A stretch of 49,382 bases of DNA from Candidatus Zixiibacteriota bacterium. Its GTDB lineage: Bacteria; RBG-13-66-14; B26-G2; WVWN01. The notes beneath the pieces were generated by a model. The model saw nothing but the letters and a program-made list of their open reading frames with translations, ran no database searches and had not been told where the DNA came from. The DNA is taken from the NCBI GenBank assembly GCA_050117845.1, contig JASFLY010000021.1, forward strand, positions 1 through 49,382, in the 5' to 3' direction. Positions 8,316-17,265 of this stretch are shown here, piece by piece (within the stretch, counting starts at the first letter, position 1; every line of letters begins with the position of its first letter). The translations under genes were made by a program, and so were the position numbers.

Positions 8316-10163
8316 TTAATTATTTATTACGAACTTCCGGGCGCTGCTCTCGCCGCCGGCCTCCAGCCGGTAGACGTAGACGCCCGGGGCGAACGGTAGC
8401 GTCGCCGCTATCTCGTTGGCGCCCGCCGTGAACGTCCCCTCGTGCCGCCAGACGCGCCGGCCCGCCAGGTCGTAAACGGCGAGGGTCGCGGGGCCGTTCT
8501 CGGCCAGCGAGAAAGTGAAGGTCGTGGCGCCGGCGGTCGGGTTGGGCGTGTTTTGGTAGAGCGCGAAGGCAGGCCGCTCGACCGGCAAGTTGGCGACGGC
8601 CGGCCCGTAGGTTTCCCGGGCGCCGGTGGTATCGACAACTTCGAGCCAGTACTCGTAGGCCCCGGCTTCCTCTACCTGGTCGTCCTCGAAGCGGAAGGGC
8701 GGCCGGCCGGTGATGAGTTCGCCGTTGAGCTTGACGCGGCCGGCGTCGGCCGGGGCCTCCCGATAGAGGTTGAAGCCGGCGAGGCCTTCCCACCTGCCGG
8801 ACCAGGATACGCGGACCGAATCCCCGGCGGCGCGGGCGACGAAGTTGTCGGGGCCGGTGACCGGGACGTCGTTGGCGACGTGCACGCAGTAGATGTCGCC
8901 GCCGCGACCCATCGTGTTGAAATGAACGTTCTTACCGCCGGCGGTGGCGTAGGCGTTACTGCCGGCGACGACGATGTCGCAGGCCCCCATCGAGCCGGGC
9001 GAGTCGACGCCGAAGAGGTAATCGCCGGTCCGGGCGTTGAAGATTTCTAATTCGGGATTGAGGTTACTCTCGTTGCCCCAAGAGGCGGCGGCCAGGTAGT
9101 CTCCGTCTTCGGTGACCGCGAGGTCAACGATGAGTTCCTGGTTGCTGCCGGCCACGACCTGGTAGTCGAAGGTCCACGTCGGCGTGGAACTTGGGAGGGT
9201 GTGGCAGACGATACTCGGTTTCTTGTAGTCGCTCCGGTACCACGACGTGTAGAGGCGGCCTTCGGCGTCGAAGGTGGCGTTGCGGGCGTACGACCCGGAT
9301 ACGACGTGCGTGAAGAGCGGCGCGTACGCCGAGCCGTTCCATTCCCGGACGGACATCGACGAGAAGCCGTACGCCAGGTACTTGCCGTCGGGCGAGAGGC
9401 CGTGGCAGTCGGTGGACGCGCCGACGTTGACACTTTCCCGAAGGGTCAACGTAGTCCCGTTGAACGCGTACACGTGGAGGACGGAGCTGTTGCGGTACAT
9501 TATATATTTCCCGTCGGGGCTCACGATTATCTTGGCGCGCTGGTACGGATTGGTGGTCGTGGCCTCGTCGATGACCGCGCCGTTAGTTGCGTTAAGGACC
9601 CTTAGTTTCGTGTTGCTGCCGTCGTTGAAAGTAGTCACGACGAAGCTGCCGTCCGCCGGGAACGCCAGCGGCCCGTCGGCGACTTCCCCCGAGGGCGGCG
9701 TATAGGTCCACACCGGCGTCGAGGAGGCGGAAGTGAAGAAACGGACGTCGCCCGGCGTGCCGGTAAAGGTAGCGGCGAAGGCGTCGGCGTCCCGGGCGCC
9801 GGCGGTGTATACCTCCTCGCCGGAGGCGCCCTCGACCTGCCAGGTGTAGGCGCCGTTGCCCGTAAGGGAGAACATCTGAGCGCGGCATACGCCGTTCTTG
9901 GTCCCGGCGAAGATATGCTGGCCGCTGTCCCCGAAGGCCGTCGTTAAATAGATGTTGATGAGTTCGTTATGCGTCCATAACTGCTCGGGCGGAGCGTCCG
10001 AGGCGGGCGGAGCGTACAGCACCGGTTCGCTCGAGCCCGTCTCCGTATAGGGGAAGGCGCCCTCGGCAGTCGTTTCCCAAACCGTTCTTTCGGATACTAC
10101 TCCCGTAGCGAATCCGGCCGCCGTTAATAATAACGCGGTCGTGATAGCGCACAGTATCTTCAT
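8316..10163 (-). CDS. Secreted beta-propeller protein with FN3-like domain and T9SS type-A C-terminal domain
   Basis: Signal peptide; SPDGKY repeats; C-terminus FALYQNTPNP...LAVYDLAGRRV...GVYVYRLEAG...RKFVI. Confidence 0.82.
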   Translation of the reverse strand: MKILCAITTALLLTAAGFATGVVSERTVWETTAEGAFPYTETGSSEPVLYAPPASDAPPEQLWTHNELINIYLTTAFGDSGQHIFAGTKNGVCRAQMFSLTGNGAYTWQVEGASGEEVYTAGARDADAFAATFTGTPGDVRFFTSASSTPVWTYTPPSGEVADGPLAFPADGSFVVTTFNDGSNTKLRVLNATNGAVIDEATTTNPYQRAKIIVSPDGKYIMYRNSSVLHVYAFNGTTLTLRESVNVGASTDCHGLSPDGKYLAYGFSSMSVREWNGSAYAPLFTHVVSGSYARNATFDAEGRLYTSWYRSDYKKPSIVCHTLPSSTPTWTFDYQVVAGSNQELIVDLAVTEDGDYLAAASWGNESNLNPELEIFNARTGDYLFGVDSPGSMGACDIVVAGSNAYATAGGKNVHFNTMGRGGDIYCVHVANDVPVTGPDNFVARAAGDSVRVSWSGRWEGLAGFNLYREAPADAGRVKLNGELITGRPPFRFEDDQVEEAGAYEYWLEVVDTTGARETYGPAVANLPVERPAFALYQNTPNPTAGATTFTFSLAENGPATLAVYDLAGRRVWRHEGTFTAGANEIAATLPFAPGVYVYRLEAGGESSARKFVINN

Positions 10164-10194
10164 AATGCTCCCTTCTAGCGGTTAACGGACTCCA

Positions 10195-12420
10195 TTAACG
10201 AGTTAGGACCATTTTACGGGATGCGCCATTGTCGCCGGCTTCCAGTCGATATACGTAAACTCCCGGCGCCAACTCGAGCGTCGTTGCTACCTCGTTGTCG
10301 CCCGCGGCGTACGTTCCCTCGCGGCGCCAGACGCGCCGGCCCGCCAGGTCGTAGACCGTGAGGGCCGCGGGGCCCGCCGCCGGCAGCGAGAACGCGAACG
10401 TCGTCGCGCCGGTCGTCGGGTTGGGGGCGTTCTGGTAGAGCGCGAAGGCCGCCGGCTTGACCGGCGTCCGGACTTCGGCCGGGCCGTAGATTTCCCGGGC
10501 GCCGCTTACGTCCACCGCCTCGAGCCAGTATTTATACGTCGCTCCCGCCATCGTGTCGGCGTCGACGAAGCGGTAGGGTGAACTACCCGTTATCAGTTCG
10601 TCGTTAAGTTGGACGCGGCCGGCGTCGGCGGCGTCCTCGTCGCCGCTTTCGCGGTAGAGGTTGAAGCCGGCGAGGTCCTCCTGGGCCAGCGTGGCCCACG
10701 AGGCCGCCACGCCCTTCTCGTTGGCCGCGGCGCGGAAGTAGTCGAGCGTGATCCCGATATTCACGGTGTTTTTGTGGAGCAACCAGGTGTCCTTGTCGAA
10801 ATACACCCAGTAAATCGATTCCGGGAAGCTGAATTCAAAGGTATGTGACCGGCCGTCGACCCATACGGTCTCGACGTATTCGGCGTCGCTCGTAGAGGTG
10901 AAGGTCAAGTCCACCGGACACCGGAATAGCGGCGTTACGGTCGTCTCCTCCTGCACCTGTTCGATTGTGAGTTCGACGGTTTTACCCTCGTTGGACGTAA
11001 CCCAGGAGTATTTGAATTCCGGATACCCGGCTTTGTAAACCCATTGCTCGAAGAACCAATCCAGGTCCGCGCCGTACTCGGCCTCGAACTCGGCCTGGAG
11101 GTCGTCGGTGACGGCTGTGCCGTATTTGTACTTCGCGCCGTAGTTGTTCCACGCGGCGTAAAAGTCCTCGTCGCCCATCAGGTGACGGAGCATGTGGAGG
11201 ACCCATGCGCCCTTCTGGTAGACGGTCGCGCTCCATCGGTATTGTGGGTCGTAAACCGGGAAACGACGGCCGGCGTCTTCCTGGAAATAGCTGTTGGCGT
11301 ATGATGTCATGTGTTGCCGGAAGGCGGTGTCGCCGTAGGCGTACTCGGTGTAAAGGGCGTCGCAGTAGGTGGCCTGGCCCTCGTTGAGCCAGAGGTCCTT
11401 CCACGTCCCGCAAGTTACCATGTCGCCCCACCAGGAGTGTGCGAGTTCGTGGGCCAGGAGGCTGTCGCCGTTGTGATTGGGTTCGACGTAATTCGCGGCG
11501 ATGAAGGTGCAGGTCTGGTTTTCCATGCCGCCGAAGTGCGTCATGTCGCAGGCGGCGACGCCGTAGCGTTCGCTCTTGAAGGGGTAGTCGCCGAACTTCG
11601 CGGCGAAGCAGTCCAACATATCCTTCTGATGCTCGAAGAATATGGGGGCGTCGTTCTTCTGGTCCTCGTAAACGTAGTAGTTGACCGGCATACTCTGCCA
11701 GGTTTGATTGAAGTCGGTGTAGTACTCGGCGCACGCGATAGCCACCAGGTAGGTCGCGATGGGGTAGTTGTGGACCCAGTGGAAAAGGTGACTATCCGTA
11801 CCGGCCGGCCCGTCGTAGGCGAGTAAGCCGTTGGACGTAACGTACCAGTCGTCCCGCACCGTTACGTAAAGCTCGACGCCCTCGTCGGCCTTGTCGCCCG
11901 GGTCGTCGTAGCACGGGAACCAGTTGCGCGAGTAGCTGCATTCCGTTGACGTGAAGACGCCGCCCGACGTGAAGAAGAAACCGTAACCCGGCGTACCGTT
12001 GTACTCGACCGTTACGTCGAAGGTCTCGTTCATGTTCATGGGGCGGTCGAGCGTGACTGAAAGGACGTCGTCTTGATGCGAATAGGACAGCGAGGTCGTG
12101 CCCCGCGCCACCCGGGTTATGGTGAGGTCGTCCGTGAAGTCGAGTTCGAACGTGGTCATCGACGCTTCCAAGCTCTCCAACCTTACGGTCGTTTCCGCGG
12201 TTACGGTCTGGGCCTGGTCGTCGATATCCACGCGTATGGTGTACTTCTGTATATCGTAATTATGGGCCGCGTCAGAGGGGAGGGGGGCGCCGGCCTTGCC
12301 CTCGAATATGTGATCGTAGAATAGTCCGGCCTGGCCGGGCGACCACGTCGGTTGGGTTTCGGCCGCGAACGCCGTCCCGGCGACCACGAGTAACAGCAGG
12401 TACGGTAATTTCCTAATCAT
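10195..12420 (-). CDS. Secreted M1-family zinc aminopeptidase with T9SS type-A C-terminal domain
   Basis: GGMEN, HELAH with downstream NEG, YQKG; signal peptide; CTD FALYQNAPNP...VYDLAGRRV...GVYVYRL...RKMVL. Confidence 0.92.
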   Translation of the reverse strand: MIRKLPYLLLLVVAGTAFAAETQPTWSPGQAGLFYDHIFEGKAGAPLPSDAAHNYDIQKYTIRVDIDDQAQTVTAETTVRLESLEASMTTFELDFTDDLTITRVARGTTSLSYSHQDDVLSVTLDRPMNMNETFDVTVEYNGTPGYGFFFTSGGVFTSTECSYSRNWFPCYDDPGDKADEGVELYVTVRDDWYVTSNGLLAYDGPAGTDSHLFHWVHNYPIATYLVAIACAEYYTDFNQTWQSMPVNYYVYEDQKNDAPIFFEHQKDMLDCFAAKFGDYPFKSERYGVAACDMTHFGGMENQTCTFIAANYVEPNHNGDSLLAHELAHSWWGDMVTCGTWKDLWLNEGQATYCDALYTEYAYGDTAFRQHMTSYANSYFQEDAGRRFPVYDPQYRWSATVYQKGAWVLHMLRHLMGDEDFYAAWNNYGAKYKYGTAVTDDLQAEFEAEYGADLDWFFEQWVYKAGYPEFKYSWVTSNEGKTVELTIEQVQEETTVTPLFRCPVDLTFTSTSDAEYVETVWVDGRSHTFEFSFPESIYWVYFDKDTWLLHKNTVNIGITLDYFRAAANEKGVAASWATLAQEDLAGFNLYRESGDEDAADAGRVQLNDELITGSSPYRFVDADTMAGATYKYWLEAVDVSGAREIYGPAEVRTPVKPAAFALYQNAPNPTTGATTFAFSLPAAGPAALTVYDLAGRRVWRREGTYAAGDNEVATTLELAPGVYVYRLEAGDNGASRKMVLTR

Positions 12421-12570
12421 ATTATCTCGTCCTTTTCGGGGTAATTATCTACACTATCCCATTTTCGTGTTAACGCTTAATTATACGCTATACCGGCGGT
12501 ATATTCCATTGTTTAATCCGCCGCCGGCGGTATGCCGGATGTCGTGACATAATGACAAAATAAAATTAGA

Positions 12571-13254
12571 CTATGGGCGCTCCCGCCCGCCAGCGCTCGT
12601 TTTTACGAGGCGTAACAGGACGGCCGCCGTCGCGTGAATGGCGAGGTAAAGGACGGCCAGCGCCGGGGCCGCCCGCCAGAGGGGCGTCGCCAACGCGGCC
12701 ACGACCATTACGGCCGTGCGTGTGCCCTTACTTGCGAGGGTGGGCCGTGGCGGCAGCGTGAGGCCCAGTTCGCCGGCCCTGGCCCCGCTGTAACTTACGA
12801 GGTTCGAACTAATCATCGCCGCGGCTCCCAGGACGACGAGCGCGGGGACGTACCAGTCATAGGGGAGGGGATCGCGTAAGAGGTAAACCAGCGTCCCCAA
12901 CATAAGCGCGCCGTCCGCGACGCGGTCCAGGACGGAATCGAGGAAGGCCCCGCGCTTCGACTCGCGTCCCGTGAGCCGGGCCAGTTGGCCGTCGACGCCG
13001 TCCATGATTTGGCCGACCGCCGCCACGATGCCTGCCTGCCACGCGTAGCCCAGCGCCAGCGTTACGCCGGCGGCCGTTCCGAGTACCGCGGCCGTGGCCG
13101 TTACCGCCGCCGGCCTTACGGCCGGTACGCGAACCAAAAGCCGCGTCACGGGCGCGCTGAGGTAACACTTAATCCACCTCAGGACGAAGCGGTCCGTAGC
13201 CTTGTTGCGCCAGTCGAGCGGTTTCCCGTCCCAAGATTTCAGCTCTTCGGCCAT
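12571..13254 (-). CDS. CDP-alcohol phosphatidyltransferase family protein
   Basis: Signature DGVDGQLARLTGRESKRGAFLDSVLD; hydrophobic helices. Confidence 0.9.
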   Translation of the reverse strand: MAEELKSWDGKPLDWRNKATDRFVLRWIKCYLSAPVTRLLVRVPAVRPAAVTATAAVLGTAAGVTLALGYAWQAGIVAAVGQIMDGVDGQLARLTGRESKRGAFLDSVLDRVADGALMLGTLVYLLRDPLPYDWYVPALVVLGAAAMISSNLVSYSGARAGELGLTLPPRPTLASKGTRTAVMVVAALATPLWRAAPALAVLYLAIHATAAVLLRLVKTSAGGRERP

Positions 13255-14081
13255 ATTCCCCGAACGATCTCGCCGTACGCCGGTTCCCGGCCTGCTACGT
13301 ATGCTTCCACGGCTTGGGTGGCGGCGGGGACCGCGAATTCCTTGAAGAAGCGCCCGACGGCGTCGCCGTCGTAGTTAACCTCTCCCGCGGCGTCGCCGTA
13401 ATTGCCGCTCAGGACGCATTCCAATTGACCCTCGCCCTCGCGCCATCCAGGCCCCACGATTTCTTCTATCTCTCTCCCCGACGTAACGTCGCGGAGAGGA
13501 AGGTGCAACTCGACGCCGAAGCGGCCCGCGAATTCAACGTACGCGTCGAGGGCTTCGGCGATCTGGTTCAATTTAACCCGGCCGTCGTGGCTCTCACGTT
13601 CCCCCGCGATTACCGTCCGGCAGCCGAGTTCGAGGGCTAACGGTACGCGTATCGCGTGTAGGTAGAGGTGGCACCCGGGGCATGGGGTATAAAAGCCGAA
13701 ACGCATATACATCTCGTATACGTAACGGCCGCAGAGGAAGCGCCACAGCCGCGGGGCGCCCACCAATACCGGCGGTAGAACCTCGGCCTCTACCCCGGCC
13801 GCGGTGAGGAGTCCGGGGAGAAGTTCAAGTTTTTCGAAAGGGATACTCCGGTCGCCGAATTCCGTTCCGGTGAAAGCGATGGTGGGGAGGAGGACGTCGT
13901 AACCGCGTTCGGCGCAGGCCCGGAGGGCCGCGGCCACGCTATCCCTCCCGGCGATCTCGACGAGGGCGGGCCGGCCGGCGCCGCGGATACGTGCCCGGGC
14001 CTCGTCGCTCAACATCCAGCGGGGGAAAGAACGTACGAGTTCGTCACCGGTTATAAGGATGTCTCGAAAGCGTGGATCCAA
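13239..14081 (-). CDS. Hypothetical protein with PP-loop-like (adenine nucleotide alpha-hydrolase-like) motif and CxxCH
   Basis: LVEIAGRDSVAA resembles SGGxDS; TPCPGCH, IAGERESH, QLECVL; start set at TTG 14081 after GGAGG; overlaps the downstream gene. Confidence 0.6.
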   Translation of the reverse strand: MDPRFRDILITGDELVRSFPRWMLSDEARARIRGAGRPALVEIAGRDSVAAALRACAERGYDVLLPTIAFTGTEFGDRSIPFEKLELLPGLLTAAGVEAEVLPPVLVGAPRLWRFLCGRYVYEMYMRFGFYTPCPGCHLYLHAIRVPLALELGCRTVIAGERESHDGRVKLNQIAEALDAYVEFAGRFGVELHLPLRDVTSGREIEEIVGPGWREGEGQLECVLSGNYGDAAGEVNYDGDAVGRFFKEFAVPAATQAVEAYVAGREPAYGEIVRGIWPKS

Positions 14082-14175
14082 AGGTGTTCCCTCCGAAGCC
14101 GCGTTCGGCGTGAACCTCAACGGCGAACCGTTCCCCGACTCGAGAGGCCGTTCGGTTCTCTTACCGCGCGGCCGA

Positions 14176-14871
14176 TCACCACGTTAGAATGAACTTTACC
14201 AGAACGTGGCCGGCCAGGCCGGGCCAGATGCTGCCGGTCCGTCGCCGCAACGTCAGGCTGAGGAAGTTCACGGCGAGCGCCACGGCCAGGAAACCGGCCC
14301 GGTCGTAAGGCCGGAGCGCCGGGATAACCGGCGCGTACCAGGCCATGCCGGCGAGGGCCAGAATTATTACCAGGCCGTTGCGAACGGCCGGCGGCGCGTT
14401 CTCTCCGGCCAGGGCCGATGCGAAACCGTATATAAAGCCGGCCCACGTCAATTCCCACGACAGCGGCCCCAGCGTGAAGAAAAGGGGTCCCCGTCCCAGA
14501 AAAGGGTTGCTAAAGAACGGTCGGATATGGTTGGCGACGACGGCGGCCGTGGCCGTGCCGGCCAGCGCAACGTAAGCCCACGTCGCCCAGCCGCTTTTCT
14601 TTATTTCCGGGACGCCTACTCCCGCGTATCGCGGTATCGTAAATAACAGGACGGTTAGAAGACAGAGGTGCACGCCGTCCCGTAAAGCGTCGACGGTGAT
14701 TACGGGCGACTTGTAGAAACGCAGGCCTACGGCCCAAGCGTAATCTGACACCCGCCATACCACGTAGTGGTAGGCGAACGCCAGAACCAGGAGGCCGACG
14801 AGGCCGAGAACCCGGCCGATGATGGGTAGTAGGCGCCGGCGGCCACCCGTTGCGTCGAATCCGTCCTGCAT
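14176..14871 (-). CDS. CPBP/Abi (CAAX protease-like) membrane protein, degenerate
   Basis: Multi-TM; RTGSIWPGLAGH matches the last family motif; EExxxR position reads WELTWAG. Confidence 0.6.
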   Translation of the reverse strand: MQDGFDATGGRRRLLPIIGRVLGLVGLLVLAFAYHYVVWRVSDYAWAVGLRFYKSPVITVDALRDGVHLCLLTVLLFTIPRYAGVGVPEIKKSGWATWAYVALAGTATAAVVANHIRPFFSNPFLGRGPLFFTLGPLSWELTWAGFIYGFASALAGENAPPAVRNGLVIILALAGMAWYAPVIPALRPYDRAGFLAVALAVNFLSLTLRRRTGSIWPGLAGHVLVKFILTW

Positions 14872-15108
14872 ACCGCTCTCTTATAATATATTAGGCGGGT
14901 TTTTACAAATGTTTCGTAACGCCGTCGACGGGGTCCTCGGATAAGGATACGGTATTCCAAGATGGGTATAGTTACCGACCCGAATTCGTAATGTATATCA
15001 TTACTTTCTGCATTGGTCATTTATTTTATTGATATCGTCGGTAACGGGTGCTATTATGAGGCGGGAATAGTTCTTTTGGGGCGAACCATTAACCAGGGGA
15101 GAACGAAG

Positions 15109-15891
15109 ATGAAGAAAGTCGCGATAGTGGCGGCCTTGACGGTCGCCGTGGGGGCATCCGCTTTTGCCGCGTTGGGGGACGTCGTTTCGTCGTTTGCGTC
15201 TCCCTCGAGTTCACCGTACGCCGTCGCCTGCTGTACGAGTTACATCTACGTTTACTGCAATACGTCCCCTTACAACGTTTACACTTGTACGCCCTCCGGT
15301 TCGGTCGTTAGTTCGTGGGCCTCGCCTTTCGGGAGTCATACCCGGGGCCTAGGTTACGAATACGGCGACTACCTGTGGTTGGGGTACTACGGCTCGAACG
15401 CTTTCGTCGCTAAAGTGAACGCGGCCAACGGCAGCGTTATCTCAAGTTTCGAAGTGCACGGCGTTCATACGATGTACGGCGGCGTCGCGTGTCAGGGGAA
15501 CCCCGGTTCGCCGGGTATTGCGTCCGTCATCTGCAACGATTACCTCCCATACCGGGCGTGCCGCAGTACGACCTCCGGAAGCCTGATCAACTCCTTCGAA
15601 TACCCCAGCAGTACGTCTTTCCGTGACCCCGGGTGGGACTACGGCAACGACGTCATCTGGTGGGGGCACAATACGAGTACCAACCCATACATGTACGCCT
15701 ATACTACGATGGGGTCGTTAAAGGCGTCTTTCGCGGCTCCGGGGAGTTATCCCTACGGCTGTGATTACTACGACGGGTATCTTTGGATTTGTCGGAACGC
15801 TTCCCCCTACTACGTCTATCAAGTGGATTGTCCCGGCACCGTCACGATTGTGCCGGCGTCGCTGGGCCGCGTTAAGGCGATGTACAGGTAA
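15109..15891 (+). CDS. Secreted repeat protein (GSVVSSF-type repeats, likely beta-propeller) with short C-terminal motif
   Basis: Signal peptide MKKVAIVAALTVAVGASAFA after SD GGGGAG; repeats GDVVSSF/GSVVSSW/GSVISSF/GSLINSF/GSLKASF; ends IVPASLGRVKAMYR. Confidence 0.8.
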   Translation: MKKVAIVAALTVAVGASAFAALGDVVSSFASPSSSPYAVACCTSYIYVYCNTSPYNVYTCTPSGSVVSSWASPFGSHTRGLGYEYGDYLWLGYYGSNAFVAKVNAANGSVISSFEVHGVHTMYGGVACQGNPGSPGIASVICNDYLPYRACRSTTSGSLINSFEYPSSTSFRDPGWDYGNDVIWWGHNTSTNPYMYAYTTMGSLKASFAAPGSYPYGCDYYDGYLWICRNASPYYVYQVDCPGTVTIVPASLGRVKAMYR

Positions 15892-15915
15892 CGACGGCTC
15901 GATAGGATCATACCG

Positions 15916-15942
15916 GGCCGCCCGAGAGGGCGGCCTTTTTTT
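15916..15942 (+). terminator. Intrinsic terminator
   Basis: GGCCGCCC-GAGA-GGGCGGCC-TTTTTTT. Confidence 0.85.
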
Positions 15943-16022
15943 AAAGGATTGCGGGGGCGACGTGCGATAATACCTAGGCGCGGTTGTCCCCTTACGCGGA
16001 TTATAAAACCGAGAGTTTTGTT

Positions 16023-16051
16023 TTGACATCGCCGTTAAAATATGGTAATAA
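16023..16051 (+). promoter_or_regulatory. sigma70 promoter of tRNA-Phe
   Basis: TTGACA-17 nt (ending TGg)-TAATAA, 11 nt before the tRNA. Confidence 0.6.
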
Positions 16052-16062
16052 ATACCTCTCAA

Positions 16063-16135
16063 GCCGCGGTAGCTCAGCTGGTAGAGCACTGGACTGAAAA
16101 TCCAGGTGTCGGCGGTTCAACTCCGCCCTGCGGCA
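16063..16135 (+). tRNA. tRNA-Phe (GAA), CCA not encoded
   Basis: Acceptor GCCGCGG/CTGCGGC; D-arm AGCTCAGCTGGTAGAGC; anticodon arm CTGGA-CTGAAAA-TCCAG; T-arm GGCGG-TTCAACT-CCGCC. Confidence 0.97.
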
Positions 16136-16181
16136 AATTAAGGGGTCCGTAGGAAATACTCGGAAAGCGGGAATTGCGGCC

Positions 16182-16496
16182 GTGGTTGCTTGGGCGGCCT
16201 TCGCCGGCGTCAGTTCTGCCGGGGCCGAAGCCGTCGATTTTTCCGGGTACCTTTATGACGATAATACCGAGGCCCGCTTTGACGTATACGCCGAATCGGC
16301 GGTACTCGAGGTAACTTTCACTTTCCCCCCGACGTCCGAATTCCACGTGCGTGTCCTGGGCCAAACGGGCAACGAACTCGGCGACTTCGACCTTTCGGAA
16401 GGGCCGCTTATCCAGCTAACGGGCGGGGGTAAATTCACCTTCATCGTTTATACTAAATCGGGCGGTGGCGCTTGGACCGCCTTCTACGAACGTTAA
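16182..16496 (+). CDS. Small secreted beta-rich protein, paralog of the next gene (true start may be upstream)
   Basis: Shares NELG[DE]FxL[SN]EGxxIxLTGGGxF...SGxGxW with 16520-16855. Confidence 0.75.
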   Translation: MVAWAAFAGVSSAGAEAVDFSGYLYDDNTEARFDVYAESAVLEVTFTFPPTSEFHVRVLGQTGNELGDFDLSEGPLIQLTGGGKFTFIVYTKSGGGAWTAFYER

Positions 16497-16519
16497 CTTA
16501 TAACGGAAGGAACGGCGAC

Positions 16520-16855
16520 ATGAAGAAATTGCTGTTGGCCCTGGCTGTTTCGACGCTGGTATCGGTGGCGGCGGCGTCCGCGTTCGACGGTTACGTCTCG
16601 GGCTATATTACGGATAACGCCGACACGGACGAATTCGCCCTCCTCGCGGATTCGAGAGATATCGACGTCACCTTCGATTGGGAATCGGGCGACTTCTACG
16701 TCACCGTCTTCGGCCGGGACCACAACGAACTCGGCGAGTTCTACCTCAACGAGGGCGAGACGATCAACCTGACCGGCGGCGGCCTCTTCTATCTCCGCGT
16801 CTGGTCTACGTCCGGATACGGCGAATGGTCGGCGGATTGGGTCGATACGGACTAA
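16520..16855 (+). CDS. Small secreted beta-rich protein (possible PPC-like fold)
   Basis: Signal peptide MKKLLLALAVSTLVSVAAASA; SD GAAGGA; paralog of the upstream gene. Confidence 0.78.
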   Translation: MKKLLLALAVSTLVSVAAASAFDGYVSGYITDNADTDEFALLADSRDIDVTFDWESGDFYVTVFGRDHNELGEFYLNEGETINLTGGGLFYLRVWSTSGYGEWSADWVDTD

Positions 16856-16871
16856 TCCTTAACGCTAGTTC

Positions 16872-16945
16872 GCCAGGATAGCTCAGTCGGTCAGAGCGGT
16901 TGATTCGTAATCAACAGGTCCCGGGTTCGAATCCCGGTCCTGGCT
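16872..16945 (+). tRNA. tRNA-Thr (CGT), CCA not encoded
   Basis: Acceptor GCCAGGA/TCCTGGC; anticodon arm GTTGA-TTCGTAA-TCAAC; T-arm CCGGG-TTCGAAT-CCCGG; followed by a C-run/G-run hairpin and TTTT. Confidence 0.96.
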
Positions 16946-17265
16946 AGATGTATACCCCCCGAGACATCGGGGGGTTTTAATATGCGTATTGACAACTACC
17001 CGGACCTATTGCAATATGTAGCGGCGTTTACGCTGGGGAATAGATAAAGAACGCGAGGGAACAATTCCGTTAAAAGAAGCGAGGGCAGTGCGATAACCGA
17101 ACGATTCGACGGACGTCGGGGATAGATACCCGGGTGGGCCTGTTGGGCCTTCCCGGGGATTATTGTAATGGCGGGGATGCGCCGTATATTACCGGGAGGG
17201 TATAATGGTAAGATACGTATAAAGTCGGCCGACGGTTGTTAGTAGGGACGTTGGGAGGTACCCCT

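Noticed and set aside
16989..17230. Possible ncRNA after tRNA-Thr (TTGACA-17-CAATAT followed by weak hairpins)
   Set aside because: No recognisable RNA family or clear terminator; could simply be a long leader of the next gene.
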